Origin: Anthoceros angustus
Lineage: Eukaryota > Plantae > Anthocerotophyta
DNA: 64,000 nucleotides
Direction of reading: 5' to 3'
Assembly (NCBI GenBank): GCA_010909165.1
Contig: MU008195.1
Location: 372,001-436,000, forward strand
Part shown: one piece after another, positions 11,154 through 25,106 of the stretch
How the letters are laid out: every line of letters starts with the position of its first letter
Position numbering within the stretch: the first letter of the stretch is position 1
Program-made: the position numbers and the translations under genes
Notes under the pieces: model-generated
The model's input: only the letters and a program-made list of their open reading frames with translations
Told to the model about the DNA's origin: nothing
The model's database searches: none

Positions 11154-11832
11154 CTAGGACTGCAGCCATACACGATCCGAAGCCTCTGGGCACCCCCGCC
11201 ATAGAACTCATCCACCTTGGCTCCGTCCCGGTAGAAACGGAACGTTGGAGTGTACATCCTGTGTGGTGGCCTCGCATTTGTCGATGTCGGCATACACAAA
11301 ACGGAGGATGGATACTCGTTGCTCAGGTTGCAGAAAGTGGGAAGCATTTGCTTACACGCGTGGCACCTGAGGCAGAAGCAATCCGTGTGCCAGGGCTGAG
11401 CATACCAGACCAGCAGAGCATGCAACTCAGAACAGAAATGCATCCAAAGCATTCAACTCGGGAAAAGCACACGGATCAACTCCACCCACGGCTTACCAGG
11501 ACGCTCCGTAATTCACTACAGCCTGCACAAACGCGACGAAATCCAATCAAATCAAACGAGTTCCACATCACCAGCTCACTAACCGACGGTTGCAGGAGCA
11601 AGAGAGGGAAAAAGACTCACACGCCGCTTGCAAGCCTTGGCATTGGACAGGATCTCGGTGAGCTGCTCGTCCGTTGTTGCAGTGACGAGATTGCCATGGA
11701 ATTCACGGGCAGGGCAAACCCTGCCGCCTCTTCCAACACCTTCTGAGGCACCGGCGCACACGCCATCTTCCCTCCTCCTGGTGCTGCTGCTGTTGTTAAC
11801 CCTAGACCAGGATTCCCTTCCTTGCTTTCCAT
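11154..11832 (-). CDS. Thioredoxin-like 3-3 family protein (multi-exon; indels likely errors)
   Basis: Spliced NYGASW|CHACKQMLPTFC and YTPTFRFYRDGAKVDE...DRVWLQS* match the recalled Arabidopsis Trx-like 3-3. Confidence 0.8.
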
Positions 11833-13013
11833 CGCAACGGAACCTGGCCCCAACCAGAAGATGTACAACGGACAATGACAGTCTTGTTTCGTCCCTCCAA
11901 TAGGTTAGGTCATCCCATCACTGTCGAAGGGCATCCGCACCAACTCCACCCCATCTCCTTGTCGCCTGCGAATGCGAGACATGCCATTACCCGTTCCTTT
12001 CCTTCCTTTCATTCCTTCCCGTCCCGGTCTGCGGGCCCTATCTCCGCCTTGTCCTTCATCCGCCAGCTCGAAAGAGCTCTTCCTCCCGGTAGCAACAACA
12101 GCAACACATTCCCCGCGGGATCCCACATTTGCTAGCCGGCATCTGCACTCCGCAGACCGCCGGGAAGCCGGGATCCGTCACTGTGATAAGATGCGCATTG
12201 GCAAGCGAATGTGGAGGGGCCGGGTACGAGGCCGCATCCCATCCGGTTGCTGCCACATCTGGAGGCATCCCCGCAAACGACGACACACGACGTCACCTTG
12301 CTTCTGCCGACCCGCTACTTCCGCACTGGCAGGCCGGAAGATCCGAGGAAGGAGAAGCCCGTCTCTCTCTCTTCCACTCAGTCAAGCCACGCAAATGCAG
12401 TGGCAGCTCCATTCCGGCCGGATCTTTACTGGCCCGGTCCTGTGGACTGTAGCCAGCGGTCAATGAGGCCGCCGGCTTCACACGCCTGGCGCCAGGCAGT
12501 TGGGTCCTCCTCCCCATTTGCATGCCGTTCGCCCCCACGGAAGCCTGGAAGCTGCGTGCTTTGAGCTTTTGTGAGATAGCTCCTTGTTGTTGTGTGTGTT
12601 TGTGGACGTTTGAATCCTCCTTGTGATCTACATCATCCTTTGTTTCTTGTGATCTGCATCATCCTCTGCTTCATTCGTCTCCTTGCGTCCGATTGCGCTG
12701 CTGCTGCTGCCGTAGGACGAAGCTGCCTCCAATTGTTGTGCTGTTGCTACTGCAAAAGGAGGCATACGCATCCGTCTGTGTTGTTGCTGCAGAAAGAATA
12801 AGCTGCATCTGCATCCCACTGGGGGTTGCTGCTGCTGCAGAAGGAGGAATCTGCATCCGATTGTTTTGCTGCTGGTGCGGAAAGAAGGAATCTGCATCCG
12901 ATTGCGCTGCTGCTGGTGCTGGACGAAGAAGCTGCATCCAAACCTGGAGCCTGTGAAGCGATTTGGAGTTGGAATTGCATGGGGGTGCCTTGATTAAGGA
13001 AGAAGGCTGGATC

Positions 13014-15491
13014 ATGGGCGGGAGACGCCGGCCATGGATGTTCCTCCTCTCGATCTTCATCCTCATCCTGGCGGGAGGGGCGGAGGGGACGACGAATGCA
13101 ACCGACCTCACGGCCCTGCTGGCCGTGAAAGCCGCGCTGGTGGATCCAACCGGGAGCCTAGTCAACTGGCAGGGGACGATCCTTGCGGCGCCGGGGCGTG
13201 GGCGGGGTAATCTGCGAGCAAAATGCGCAGGGAGTGGGAACGGTGATTGAGCTACGTCTCTTCCGCATGGGGCTGCAGGGCGTGCTGGCTCCGGAGGTCG
13301 GGAATCTGCAGAACCTGGTGACACTGGATGTGATGTGGAACAGCATCTCGGGGAGCTTGCCACCCTCCATCGGCAACCTCCCGCTCCTCCAGCTCCTGCT
13401 ACTGAGCGGCAACAACATGACAGGCCCGCTGCCTCCCGAACTGGGCCGGCTCGCGACCCTCATCCGGCTCCAGGTGGACCAGAACAAATTCACCGGCCAG
13501 ATCCCGACCACCTTCACCAACTTGCTCGCCATCCAGCACTTCCACCTCAACAACAACTCCTCTCCGGCAACAATCTGAGCGGGGTATTGAACGAGTCCTC
13601 CCTCCTGGGGCTCAGGCCGGCGAGCTCCTTCCAGGACATCATCGTGGATTTGCAGAACAACAGCATCACCAACATTAGCGTTCCCCTGCCGAACGTGAAG
13701 CTCTGGCTGTGGAGTAACCCCGCCTGCAGCGGATCCAACTCCGGTTTCACAGAATGCCAAAGGCAGGAGATCGCAGTTTCCTCGGAATTGGACCGCGGGG
13801 ACAACGAGACCGTCAGCAACTGCGCCGACGCTGTGGTTTGCCGGGAGCAGTACCAGGCCGCCTGGGCCGTGGGAGGCCCGCCGTTCAGCTGCTCCTGCAG
13901 GTACCCCGTCACGCTCCGCCTCCGGCTCAAGAGCCCCAGCTTCACCCTCTTCGCGCCCTTGGTGAGCAGATTCGAGAGCCACATCGCGGGAGCCGTGAGC
14001 ACAGTGAGCAACGCGACGGTGTCTCTCATCCCCGAGCAGGTTCACGTCCGGAACTACACATGGCAGGCGGGGAAGGATGCTGCTGGATCTGCAGCTCTTC
14101 CCGACCCGGATGACAGGTTCCAGCAGACGCAGGCGGACGTGGTCTTCACGCTCTTCGCGACCTGGAAGCTTCCGGAGGAGCCGCACTTCGGGCCGTACGA
14201 GTTCATGCTGTGGATCCCGGGGTGTATGGCTCCGTGAGCGAGATCGCCGGGGGATGGGGACAGGGAGGGATCGGGGTGGGGGTTGTGGCGGGCGCGGTGG
14301 CGGCGGCTGTGGCTGTGGCCGTGGCGGGCGCGGTGGCGGCGGCTGTGGCTGCCACGGTCGTCCTGGCGTTCGGGGTTGGGGTTTGGGTGGTGAGGAGGAA
14401 GGGAAAGGGGAAGAGGAAGGCAACGACCATCAGGCGCGGACCGCTGGGCGGCGACGGCAGCAGCGTGCAGATCACGGGGTGAAGGAGTTCACCTTCGGGG
14501 AGCTGAGCGAAGCGACTGATGGATTCAGCGAGGAGCGGAGCATCGGGCGGGAGGTACGGGAGAGTATACTATGGGGAGCTGGCGGAGGAAGGGATGGTGG
14601 CCATCAAGCGCGCACAGGAGGGGAGTTTGCAGGAAGCCACGAGTTCTACACCGAGATTGCGCTGCTGTCGCGGGTGCATCACCGGAACCTGGTGAGGCTG
14701 GTGGGGTATTGCCATGACCAGGAGGAGCAGATGCTGGTGTACGAGTACATGGAGGGGGACGCTGCGGGATAATCTGTCCGGAGGAGCAGCCGGGGCTGGA
14801 TCTCCAGGCTCGCCTGCGCATCGCCATGGGGAGCGCGAGGGGGATAGCTTACCTTCACAACGAGGCCAACCCGCCGATCTTCCACCGGGACATCAAGGCC
14901 ACCAACATCCTGCTGGACCACAAGCGGAATGCCAAGGTGGCGGATTTCGGGCTCTCCAAGCTGGCGCCCGCGCCGGACCAGGAGGGATCTGGGCCGGGGC
15001 ATGTCTCCACCGTCGTGAAGGGGACGCCCGGGTACCTGGACCCCGAGTACTTCCTCACCCACAAGCTCACGGACAAGAGCGATGTTTACAGCTTCGGGGT
15101 CGTGCTCCTGGAGCTCATCACCGGGCTGCACCCCATCTCCCACGGGAAGAACATCGTGCGCGAAGTGAACACGGCCTTCGAATCCGGCACCGTGCTGGAC
15201 ATTGTGGATCCTCGCATGGGCCCCCTACCTGAGCTCATTCACCCGCTGGTGAGCCTCGCCGTGAGCTGCTGCCAGGACAACCCCGATAAGCGGCCCGGCA
15301 TCGTCGAGGTGGTGCGGGACCTGGATGACATTTGGCACACCATGCCCTGGGGCGTCTCCACCGATACTGAGGGTTCAGCGCGTGTGCACTCCAAGGGGCC
15401 TCCGCGAGCCCGCTTTCAGGATGATAACTCCGACATCTCCATTGCCGGCGGGATCACCAGCGGCACAGTTATCGACGTCATTCCCCGATAG
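13014..15491 (+). CDS. LRR-VIII-1 RLK copy 2 (A N-terminal LRRs fused to B ectodomain, TM and kinase; about 140 codons shorter)
   Basis: Matches A to NNNSLSG (13569), then a distinct [14 protein letters not shown]... ectodomain and B-type kinase. Confidence 0.85.
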
Positions 15492-15692
15492 TACCAGAAG
15501 TGCATGAGCCAAACACGGCATCATAATCTTGTATTTCCACCAGTCTTCCATGACTGAGATAAGCCTGGCAATGCTAAAGCGTTGCTGCAATTTGTGATGC
15601 CACAAGTTGCGAACACAAGACGCTGAAGAGTGAAATGCTGAAGTGATTCAACTGTTAAGCCCTCTCACAAACCGCAAAATCATGAGGTTTCT

Positions 15693-15779
15693 GGTGTCAG
15701 CTAGGGCGAAAGACTATGCTTCTGTGTTCATCATGGCGGCCAAGCCAACTCCGATGAACTATGCTTTGCATCATCCACC
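15693..15779 (-). ncRNA. U80: U80/snR60-type C/D snoRNA (unit 2)
   Basis: Copy of 3505-3593 with 1-nt indels. Confidence 0.75.
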
Positions 15780-16411
15780 AGCCGCTTAGACTAGCAGTCA
15801 GAAAGGAAAAGAAAAGTTACTCACACATGTCAGGCGACGATATCGTAGAGGCCTCTCGGATGTATGAAGCCTAAAAACTTCATACGCCAGAACACAAGTT
15901 ACCAGCAGCAATAGATACCATGAATGACGCTGGCACCTGCAACCGAGTCTGAATGCAGACCTTCTGCGCTGGAAAAGCATGTTGCGTTCCGTCATTCATC
16001 ATCTGCCACCAACACAAACAGTGACGACTCAACCGTTACCTACATCTATATGTGCCAAACCGGTTACCTTCACCCATTTACAGAGAATTAAGGTGAAGAT
16101 CTGGCAGCCCCGTACAACACACCACAAATTGCCAAACAGCACCCACCAAGACCTACTCCAAAAATGTGTTGACCTTTAATTGCTGGCTACATTGCGCAAT
16201 TCTGTGATAAAACACCATTCAGCACTGAGGGAACAAAAGGAGCTTGATGCCACTCCCATCCCTAACAAATTGTCACTGCACCATGTTAGACACCTTCCGT
16301 CAGCAACCGATATCACTCAAGTAGCCTCAGCTGCACGACAGGCAGCGACAGCTCCTTCACTTAGAAGATTGTGTCATTCTCTTAATAGCTCGCATACGTT
16401 GTGCCTCAACA

Positions 16412-16507
16412 TTAGCTGCCACCTTCGTACGTGATAGACAACTACCAACACAGAGATGCTAATCCCTAAAGGTTGGCGAGACAACTGAGATCTTGGTCGT
16501 CAATCAT
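16412..16507 (-). pseudogene. OST4: OST4 pseudogene (unit 2)
   Basis: Same lesions as 4229-4324. Confidence 0.85.
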
Positions 16508-16840
16508 CTGCGTATGACCAAGCAATCAACAAAACCACCACAAACATACACACAACCGACCCCGAAGGACCCTCGCACTCTGAAGAACATCAACCCATCC
16601 AGACCTCACCACCATGAAACCGCCAGGCGACAGGCAGAGGGCCTGCAAAGAAGAAGAAGAAGAATTATCAGAAGTAAGCTACAGATCAGATCTTGGCTCC
16701 GTGGGAAATCCCTACGCAACATACTTTATACAATTTTGACCCAGATTTAGCCAATTCCGTTGTAGTGTAGAGTGGATGGGGTCCGTGGGAAAACTCTAGA
16801 CAAAATAGTTGATAGAATTTTAAATCCAGCCATAATCAAA

Positions 16841-16913
16841 TCCGTTGTAGTCTAGACGGTTAGGATACTCGGCTCTCACCCGAGCGACCCGGGTTCGAGT
16901 CCCGGCAACGGAA
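16841..16913 (+). tRNA. tRNA-Glu(CTC)
   Basis: Complete 73-nt cloverleaf TCCGTTG...GGTTCGAGTCCCGGCAACGGAA. Confidence 0.95.
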
Positions 16914-17272
16914 GGTTTACACTCTTGCTCCGGATGGGAGTTTTCTGAGGTTCAGATGTTTTTCACTTTTCAGTCCGTAGAGTCCGTCGGTGGAGACTTT
17001 GGTTTTCAGAGCCTCTTCGACCACTTTTTCACTCTTCATTCCGCAGAGTGCAAGATTTCAGGCCAAACTCAGCACAGTCCAGATGGTTCACAGGAATCGC
17101 GTCGCAAACCGCACAATCCAAACATTCTTCGAAAGCTCTGGTGTTTTGCAATTCGACTGTGTTAGTCCTCTCTATGGAAGATGTTGGAAGTAAAAATACA
17201 CTTTGGTCCGCTGGCCGGCACAAGTACCTGTCCCGCAATTTCCACATTGGTGGAGCAGGTTTCAGCAGCTGG

Positions 17273-17611
17273 TTAGCGAGGAACGACGTCGACAACGGTG
17301 CCGCTGAGGAGCACGTCGGTGTGGTTGAAGTTGTCGGAGTTCTAATCTTGACTGCGGTGGCGAGGCGGCTTAGCCTGCAGACCTGCTGAAGCCTCGATAT
17401 CTGTGGACACATCCCAGGGCATTGTGCGCCATATATCATCCAAGTCGCGGACCTCCTCAAGAATCGAGGGCCGCTTGTCGAAGTCATCCTGGCAGCAGCT
17501 GATGGCCAGGCTCACCAGCGGCTGGAACACCTCAGACGAGAATGCTCCCATCTGGGGATCCACTACATGCAGCACAGTGTCGGAGTCATATGCCGTCTTC
17601 ACCTCGCGCAC
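17273..17611 (-). pseudogene. Inverted A-type kinase 3' fragment (unit 2)
   Basis: Copy of 5088-5426. Confidence 0.9.
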
Positions 17612-20600
17612 CTTCAGTGCTTATTTACAAAAACACCCCCCATCGGGTATATTCCCCAATCGAAAATTCCAGTCCACCCCTAATCTAGTTTGAGTGTGCA
17701 AAGCCTATCACAGCCACAGGAATTGGAGCCTCTCCTTTCCTCCGTGATGGCTTTCTTTCGCCAGGTTTTCATAGCTCTGCACAAAGTGCTATTATAGTTC
17801 TGCAGAAAGCGCTACTATAGCTCTTCGAGCTGGCTAACGCTATTTATGGGATGACTATATGTGATTAGCGACTTCTTGGCACCGGTGATAGGTAGGCCCT
17901 TCATCATCCCTGATCACAATATTATTAATAGGTAGTTAGGAAAAGGCATTCGAGGACTAGGACTTCTCTTTACTATTAGTCCTTTTGGGTTGTTCCTCCT
18001 CGGACTTGAGGGTAGATGGGATTCCTCATCTAGCCTATTAATAACGTCTACTCTTCTCTCCTTTAGAGGTCCCATTCGAGGTGTCCGATTATATTTTCCC
18101 TATTTAAAACTAATAATAATATTATAAACTTTAAAATCAAAAATACCCAAAAAGAAAAATTTAAATTTTGATTGATAGGTTTCACTAAAAATAATTTTAC
18201 CACTTCTCTATATAGTTGTTTGAAAGCTAGCACTCTCTCTAAGCAACATCAAAAACCTCTACCTATCATAAAGGAAAAAGCCTAGCTTAAGAGTCTTCAA
18301 TCACACCTAAAAGTCTATTATGCTTTGAAATAATCGATTCTTTTTCTTTCTTTTTAATATTTTTAGTAAAAGAATTAGAAATCCCATTTAGGAGGTGAAA
18401 ACTAACATGAATATATGTTTCAAAAGGTCCCAATTACCATTTAGGAAAAGTCCCATTTATTACATTGTAAACTAAAGGGAGTAGGATGGGAGGTCCCATT
18501 TAGAGAGGAATCCAATTTATAGAGTTCGAATTAGAGGGGCCGATCGTATGGTGTTTTGAATTAAAGCCCCCGCTACTTCTACATCAGACATATATGTTGG
18601 TGCTTTCCATTCACACTTACACTTTCCACCACATAGAGCTGCAAAGTGAAATCATAGATCTCGTGCCCATGTGCCGAACGAGGGTTGGAATTCGCCCTTA
18701 CACATGGCCACAATAGCCAACCTCTCCGGATCCTTGTCGACCACTTGTCCAAGGCGCTAGCTCCTTGTTCACTTTGCGTTCCTTGACTTTGTACCATGAG
18801 TTACCCTATAGGAGCAATCGCCTAGGGTGAAAACTATATAACGGCACACTAGTTAAACACTAAGCTGCGACTAGCTTGTAGTGTTGTTCCATGATATCCT
18901 TTCTTTCAATCCTAATTAAGAGTTGGTGTATCGCTTTCCGTTAGATGTGACCACGATTCCGTCAAGCAAAGGTGGGCTGGAAGAAGGTGCTGTCAGATTG
19001 GACACAGGTGAGATGGACGACACAATTAAAACACGCCCTCCACCCCTCTCCACCTGGACTAAGAAGCAGCGATAATTGCAGATGATGGTCTCAAGTGCTG
19101 TTGCTCAAATGGTTCAGTATGCAACAATCAAAGTCTGCATGCAAGTAGGGACTATACATGCAAGCCTGGCAACTAAAAAGCAGGCCATTGTTAAGAGATA
19201 ACTCTTGATATTAGAAAGTTTTTGAAATAAACTATAAATAAAGATAGAATAGAACTCAACTACAATAATATTATAACCATAGTTTCAAATATATTTCTCA
19301 ATAAAATACCTATTCAATGTATAAAGAGCTAATGAGGTGATAATTGTATAAAATTATAATGAGAGTTGCCATTGTACCATACGCGATAATGCGTGATTTT
19401 TCCTTTTAAATTCAATGGGTTCATATTAGAAACATGACCCTCCTTGACATTTGACATAAGCGAGATTGATGTTTTTAAGACTTGCGCTAACATCAAGAGC
19501 TCTAATTCGCCACCCACTCGTGACCATACTCATCCTCTTAATATAATTGTCTATGTCGCCTCTACTAAATCTTTGTAGGTATCTCGATGGCTTTCTAATT
19601 CGGTCATAGCCCTTTTGCGTAAAACATCTGACACGCGGCCTTGACTAGCGTTATCTAACTTCCCATAAAAGTATGCCCCAGCGACAGCTCTGAACAAACA
19701 TTTTCCATCCCCTTCAACATGAATGATCTTGTATTCATTTGGTTGCAATATTTTCCTATCAATGGGTGATGTGAAACTCTCTGAAACAACCTTCGATTTG
19801 GCTGCACTGCGTTCATGTGGGATCTTTGCAAGTGTGAAGCTCTTTGAAACAACCTTCGACTTCTCTAAACTAGTATTGCCGCCTCCGTTCACATGGGATT
19901 CTTGCGGATGTGCATCTCTTTGAAACAACCTCGGACTTTCGAACCAATATTTGGTTGTGTGTGATCTTTGCTTTTTTTACGCTCTAATATAGACAAATCT
20001 TTCTTTGAATCAAAATCGGAAGGAGAGAGTTTTCTCTTGGCGCTTGATTGAACCATCTTTAAAAATATCATATCATATACAACACAACATATATAGCCTT
20101 CAACATGGGGCTTACGACCTTGGTCTTTGAATATTGTAAATATATTGATTAAAAGGGGCTTAAGACCTTGGTCTTGAACTTTGTAAAAACTTAAAATAAA
20201 AGAATGGGCCATGCATATGCATTCTACACACAAAGCAGTTGCTTCTCCCTATACACTTGTACTATATGTAGCTTTGTGTGCCAAGAACACTACGCGAGTT
20301 GCTAATAAAGGGCTGGGATTACGTTAAACTAGTCCGGGTTTGGTTAATCAATGAACTTGCTAACGATTGCAAATACTGTCACGGGGAAATAAAAATGCGA
20401 GTGAGATTGAAAAGCTTCGCTCAAGAGGGACTCCCCGAATTGTGCTTGGTGCAATTCTATATTCGAAGCAATTGGGCAACACACTGGCGAGTTTTCGTTG
20501 TACAACCACTGGGCACAACAAACACAAGTTGGTTGATAATACCAGCTTGAATTAAAGCCAGTCTTGCTATTTCTACATCCTATGGTTGTAGTGTTAGTGC

Positions 20601-20830
20601 TTTCCAGCTCACACAGAGCCCCCAGAGTGGAAGCACAGATCTCTGTACCCATGTGCTGAACGAGGATCGGACGTGGCCACAGCCACGTCCTGTCTTGCAC
20701 GTGGCCACAATAGCCAACCTGTCCGGGTCCTTGCTGACCAGCTTGTCCAGAAGGCGCAGCTCCAGCTCCTTGTTTAGCTTGCAGTTCCTTGACTTTGCAC
20801 CACGAGTTACCCTATAGGAGCAATCGGCAT
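17612..20830. mobile_element. AT-rich TE-like island (unit 2 copy)
   Basis: Collinear copy of 5427-8730 with many small indels. Confidence 0.45.
19329..20071 (-). pseudogene. OTU4-like protease, unit 2 copy, frameshifted (real or error)
   Basis: GDGKCLFRAV and YNGNSHY are present but in different frames. Confidence 0.7.
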
Positions 20831-21235
20831 GCTGCAGGAATGGTGGCTTTGATGAATGCTAGCGTCAATGAATGCTAGCACCATCAAAGCACGGAATGCT
20901 GGCTTCATCGAAGCAGGAACAGAAGAAGAAGAATAACATCTTAGACTAAGCAACGAACATGAAGGACCATCTCAAAGCCCAGGACCTTGAGCACACCGTT
21001 CGGACATCCAGCACAAAGATCCGTGCAATCACGAGGCCAATTTCTCGAAAGTGGAAATCGTGCAGTCGCAAGTTTCTCCGCAACCGATGTGGGGATTTCT
21101 GTGCACAGGCCACCATTTCTGTACACAGGCCAAGCATTGCTGCAATTTGTGATGCCACAAGTTGCGAACACAAGACGCTGAACAGTGAAACGCTGGAGTG
21201 ATTCAACTGTTACACCGCAAAATCATGACGATTCT

Positions 21236-21322
21236 GGTGTCAGTTAGGGCGAAAGACTATGCTTCTGTGTTCATCATGGCGGCCAAGCCAACTCCGATGA
21301 ACTATGCTTTGCATCATCCACC
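21236..21322 (-). ncRNA. U80: U80/snR60-type C/D snoRNA (unit 2, second module)
   Basis: Copy of 9131-9219. Confidence 0.75.
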
Positions 21323-21931
21323 AGCGCCTTAGACTAGCAGTCAGAAGGAAAAGAAACAGTTACTCACTCATGTCAGGCGACGAGGCCTCTCGGAGGTATG
21401 AACCCTATAAAGCTTCATAGGCCAGAACACAAGTTACCAGCAGCAGTGGATATCATGCATGACGCTGGCACCTGTAACCGAGTCTGAATGCAGGCCTTCT
21501 GCGCTGGAAAAAGCATGTTGCAGTCCGTTATTCATCATCTGCCACCATACCTTAACAGTGACGACTCAACCGTTACCTGCATCTATATGCGCCAAATCGG
21601 TTACCTTCACTCATTTGCAGAGAGCTAAGGTGAAGATTTGGCAGCCCATAACACACCACAAATTGCCAAACAGCACCCAGCAAGACCTACTCCAAAAAGT
21701 GTTGACCTCTAATCGCTGGCTACATTGCGCAATTCGGTGACAATACACCATTCGGCACTGGGGAACAAAGGGGCTTGATGCCGCTTCTACCCTAACAAGT
21801 TGTGAGGGCCCTATGTTAGACACCTCCGTCAGCAACTCGAGTAGCCTCAGCTGCACCACAGGCAGCGACAGCTCCTTCACTTAGAATATTATGTCTTTCT
21901 CTTCATAGCTCGCACACGTTGTGTCTCAACA

Positions 21932-22041
21932 TCAGCTGCCACCTCAGTACTTGGGATCCGCCACCACATAGTGATAGACAACTACCAACACAAAGATGCT
22001 AAAAGCTTGGCGAGAAAACCTAGATCTCGGTCGTCAATCAT
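21932..22041 (-). pseudogene. OST4: OST4 pseudogene (unit 2, second module)
   Basis: Same lesion as 9833-9942. Confidence 0.85.
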
Positions 22042-23246
22042 CTGCGAATGACCAAGCAATCAACAAAATCACCACAAACATTCACACAACCTACCCCAAA
22101 GGGCCCTCGCACTCTAAACAACATACAAACCATCCAGACCTGACCACCATGGAACCGCCAGACCACAGGCAGAGGGCCTGCAAAACAACATCAAAGAAGC
22201 GGTACAGATCGGATCATACCCTTGCCGACAGAACGATTGCCCTCTGAAGACTGTCAGATGCTCCAAGAGAAACACCTGGAAGACGTGATTCCCCAAGACA
22301 ACCGAACGAAACCCTACTACTACCGCAACGGATGTGGGGATTGCTGTACACAGGCCACCATTTCCTAGACTCCCTGTTGTGAAAGGCAGAGCTGGAGGTG
22401 TAGCTCCCATTTTCGACACTCAGCAACAGAAGGTGAAGACTGCCCAGATCTGCACCTCGTCGCCAACAACAGTGGCGAGGGGATGCCACTGCAACCGAGC
22501 AGGAGCTAGAGGAGAAAGCATTGAAGCACCATTTTGACAGACAACACTGGACGAAGGCCCTTTCAACAGTTGCGACAAACTAGCTAACAGTCCCTCCTGT
22601 CCGGCCCTGCAGATCTTGGCAAATCCCTGCTGGCCAGGCGTCACCCACTGTACGAGTTGCAACCTGGGCGCGACCAAAGTTGAATAATCGGGCTCCAGGA
22701 CGTGCACCGTCGTTGCCCACAGGCTGCCAAAAGCGAGTCTGCTTCAACGAGTCGGCCGCCGAGATTGATTGAAAGACCTTGAGCATAAGCGTGTTACCGC
22801 GTACCTGCTACATTCGTAATTCCCTTTGACCCCAGGAATGACGCGACAGGATGTTAGAGAGATCAAGCGTCATGCCACAGACCTGACCAGAAATGGAGCA
22901 CTCAGGAAGTGCTGGCAGCGATGGCACATAGTATTGTCAAGAGCCAACACCGAGAAAGCAATTGAAAACCTCAATCGACATAGACGACGTAGCCCAGCCT
23001 GACATGGAGAGAGAGACACAAGGTTGGTGCTGCAGCCATCGCCGACAAGAGAAGAACAGGGTGGTGTGCGGAGGTATGTTGGCTGGACGTGGGAGACACT
23101 TGGCTGACACATGGTATTCCAAGGCTTGCAAACGAGTCTGAGATTTGTAGACAAGCAACACATCATGCTACAAGGCAAGTAGCTTTGCTTTCACATTTCC
23201 CATGGTGTGCCCCAGCTTTGTCCAGGTGAGGATTGGGGTTCCTGTT

Positions 23247-23927
23247 CTAGGACTGCAGCCATACACGATCCGAAGCCTCTGGGCACCCCGCCATAGAACT
23301 CATCCACCTTGGCTCCGTCCCGGTAGAAACGGAACGTTGGAGTACCGTACATCCTGTGTGGTGGCCTCGCATTTGTCGATGTCGGCATACACAAAACGGA
23401 GGATGGATACTCGTTGCTCAGGTTGCAGAAAGTGGGAAGCATTTGCTTACACGCGTGGCACCTGAGGCAGAAGCAATCCGTGTGCCAGGGCTGAGCATAC
23501 CAGACCAGCAGAGCATGCAACTCAGAACAGAAATGCATCCAAAGCATTCAACTCGGGAAAAGCACACGGATCAACTCCACCCACGGCTTACCAGGACGCT
23601 CCGTAATTCACTACAGCCTGCACAAACGCGACGAAATCCAATCAAATCAAACGAGTTCCACATCACCAGCTCACTAACCGACGGTTGCAGGAGCAAGAGA
23701 GGGAAAAGACTCACACGCCGCTTGCAAGCCTTGGCATTGGACAGGATCTCGGTGAGCTGCTCGTCCGTTGTTGCAGTGACGAGATTGCCATGGAAATTCA
23801 CGGGCAGGGCAAACCCTGCCGCCTCTTCCAACACCTTCTGAGGCACCGGCGCACACGCCATCTTCCCTCCTCCTGGTGCTGCTGCTGTTGCTAACCCTAG
23901 ACCAGGATTCCCTTCCTTGCTTTCCAT
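23247..23927 (-). CDS. Thioredoxin-like 3-3 family protein (unit 2)
   Basis: MESKEGNPG...NFHGNLVTATTDEQL, WCHAC, TPTFRFYRDG. Confidence 0.8.
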
Positions 23928-25106
23928 CGCAACGGAACCTGGCCCCAACCAGAAGATGTACAACGGACAATGACAGTCTTGTTTCGTCCCTCCAATAGGT
24001 TAGGTCATCCCATCACTGTCGAAGGGCATCCGCACCAACTCCACCCCATCTCCTTGTCGCCTGCGAATGCGAGACATGCCATTACCCGTTCCTTTCCTTC
24101 CTTTCATTCCCTTCCCGTCCCGGTCTGCGGGCCCTATCTCCGCCTTGTCCTTCATCCGCCAGCTCGAAAGAGCTCTTCCTCCCGGTAGCAACAACAGCAA
24201 CACATTCCCCGGGATCCCACATTTGCTAGCCGGCATCTGCACTCCGCAGACCGCCGGAAGCCGGGATCCGTCACTGTGATAAGATGCGCATTGGCAAGCG
24301 AATGTGGAGGGCCGGGTACGAGGCCGCATCCCATCCGGTTGCTGCCACATCTGAGGCATCCCCGCAAACGACGACACACGACGTCACCTTGCTTCTGCCG
24401 ACCCGCTACTTCCGCACTGGCAGGCCGGAAGATCCGAGGAAGGAGAAGCCCGTCTCTCTCTCTTCCACTCAGTCAAGCCACGCAAATGCAGTGGCAGCTC
24501 CATTCCGGCCGGATCTTTACTGGCCCGGTCCTGTGGACTGTAGCCAGCGGTCAATGAGGCCGCCGGCTTCACACGCCTGGCGCCAGGCAGTTGGGTCCTC
24601 CCTCCCCATTTGCATGCCGTTCGCCCCCACGGAAGCCTGGAAGCTGCGTGCTTTGAGCTTTTTGTGAGATAGCTCCTTGTTGTTGTGTGTGTTTGTGGAC
24701 GTTTGAATCCCCTCCTTGTGATCTACATCATCCTTTGTTTCTTGTGATCTGCATCATCCTCTGCTTCATTCGTCTCCTTGCGTCCGATTGCGCTGCTGCT
24801 GCTGCCGTAGGACGAAGCTGCCTCCAATTGTTGTGCTGTTGCTACTGCAAAAGGAGGCATACGCATCCGTCTGTGTTGTTGCTGCAGAAAGAATAAGCTG
24901 CATCTGCATCCCACTGGGGTTGCTGCTGCTGCAGAAGGAGGAATCTGCATCCGATTGTTTTGCTGCTGGTGCGGAAAGAAGGAATCTGCATCCGATTGCG
25001 CTGCTGCTGGTGCTGGACGAAGAAGCTGCATCCAAACCTGGAGCCTGTGAAGCGATTTGGAGTTGGAATTGCATGGGGTGCCTTGATTAAGGAAGAAGGC
25101 TGGATC

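Larger units (their letters stand above)
1..12527. repeat. Tandem segmental duplication, unit 1 (about 12.5 kb)
   Basis: TTCGCCCCCACGGAAGCCTGG recurs at 1, 12528 and 24620. Gene order is identical and differences are mostly 1-bp indels. Confidence 0.95.
12528..24619. repeat. Tandem segmental duplication, unit 2 (about 12.1 kb)
   Basis: Collinear with unit 1. It is about 435 bp shorter, explained by the LRR deletion in its RLK. A partial third unit runs 24620 to about 27430. Confidence 0.95.
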
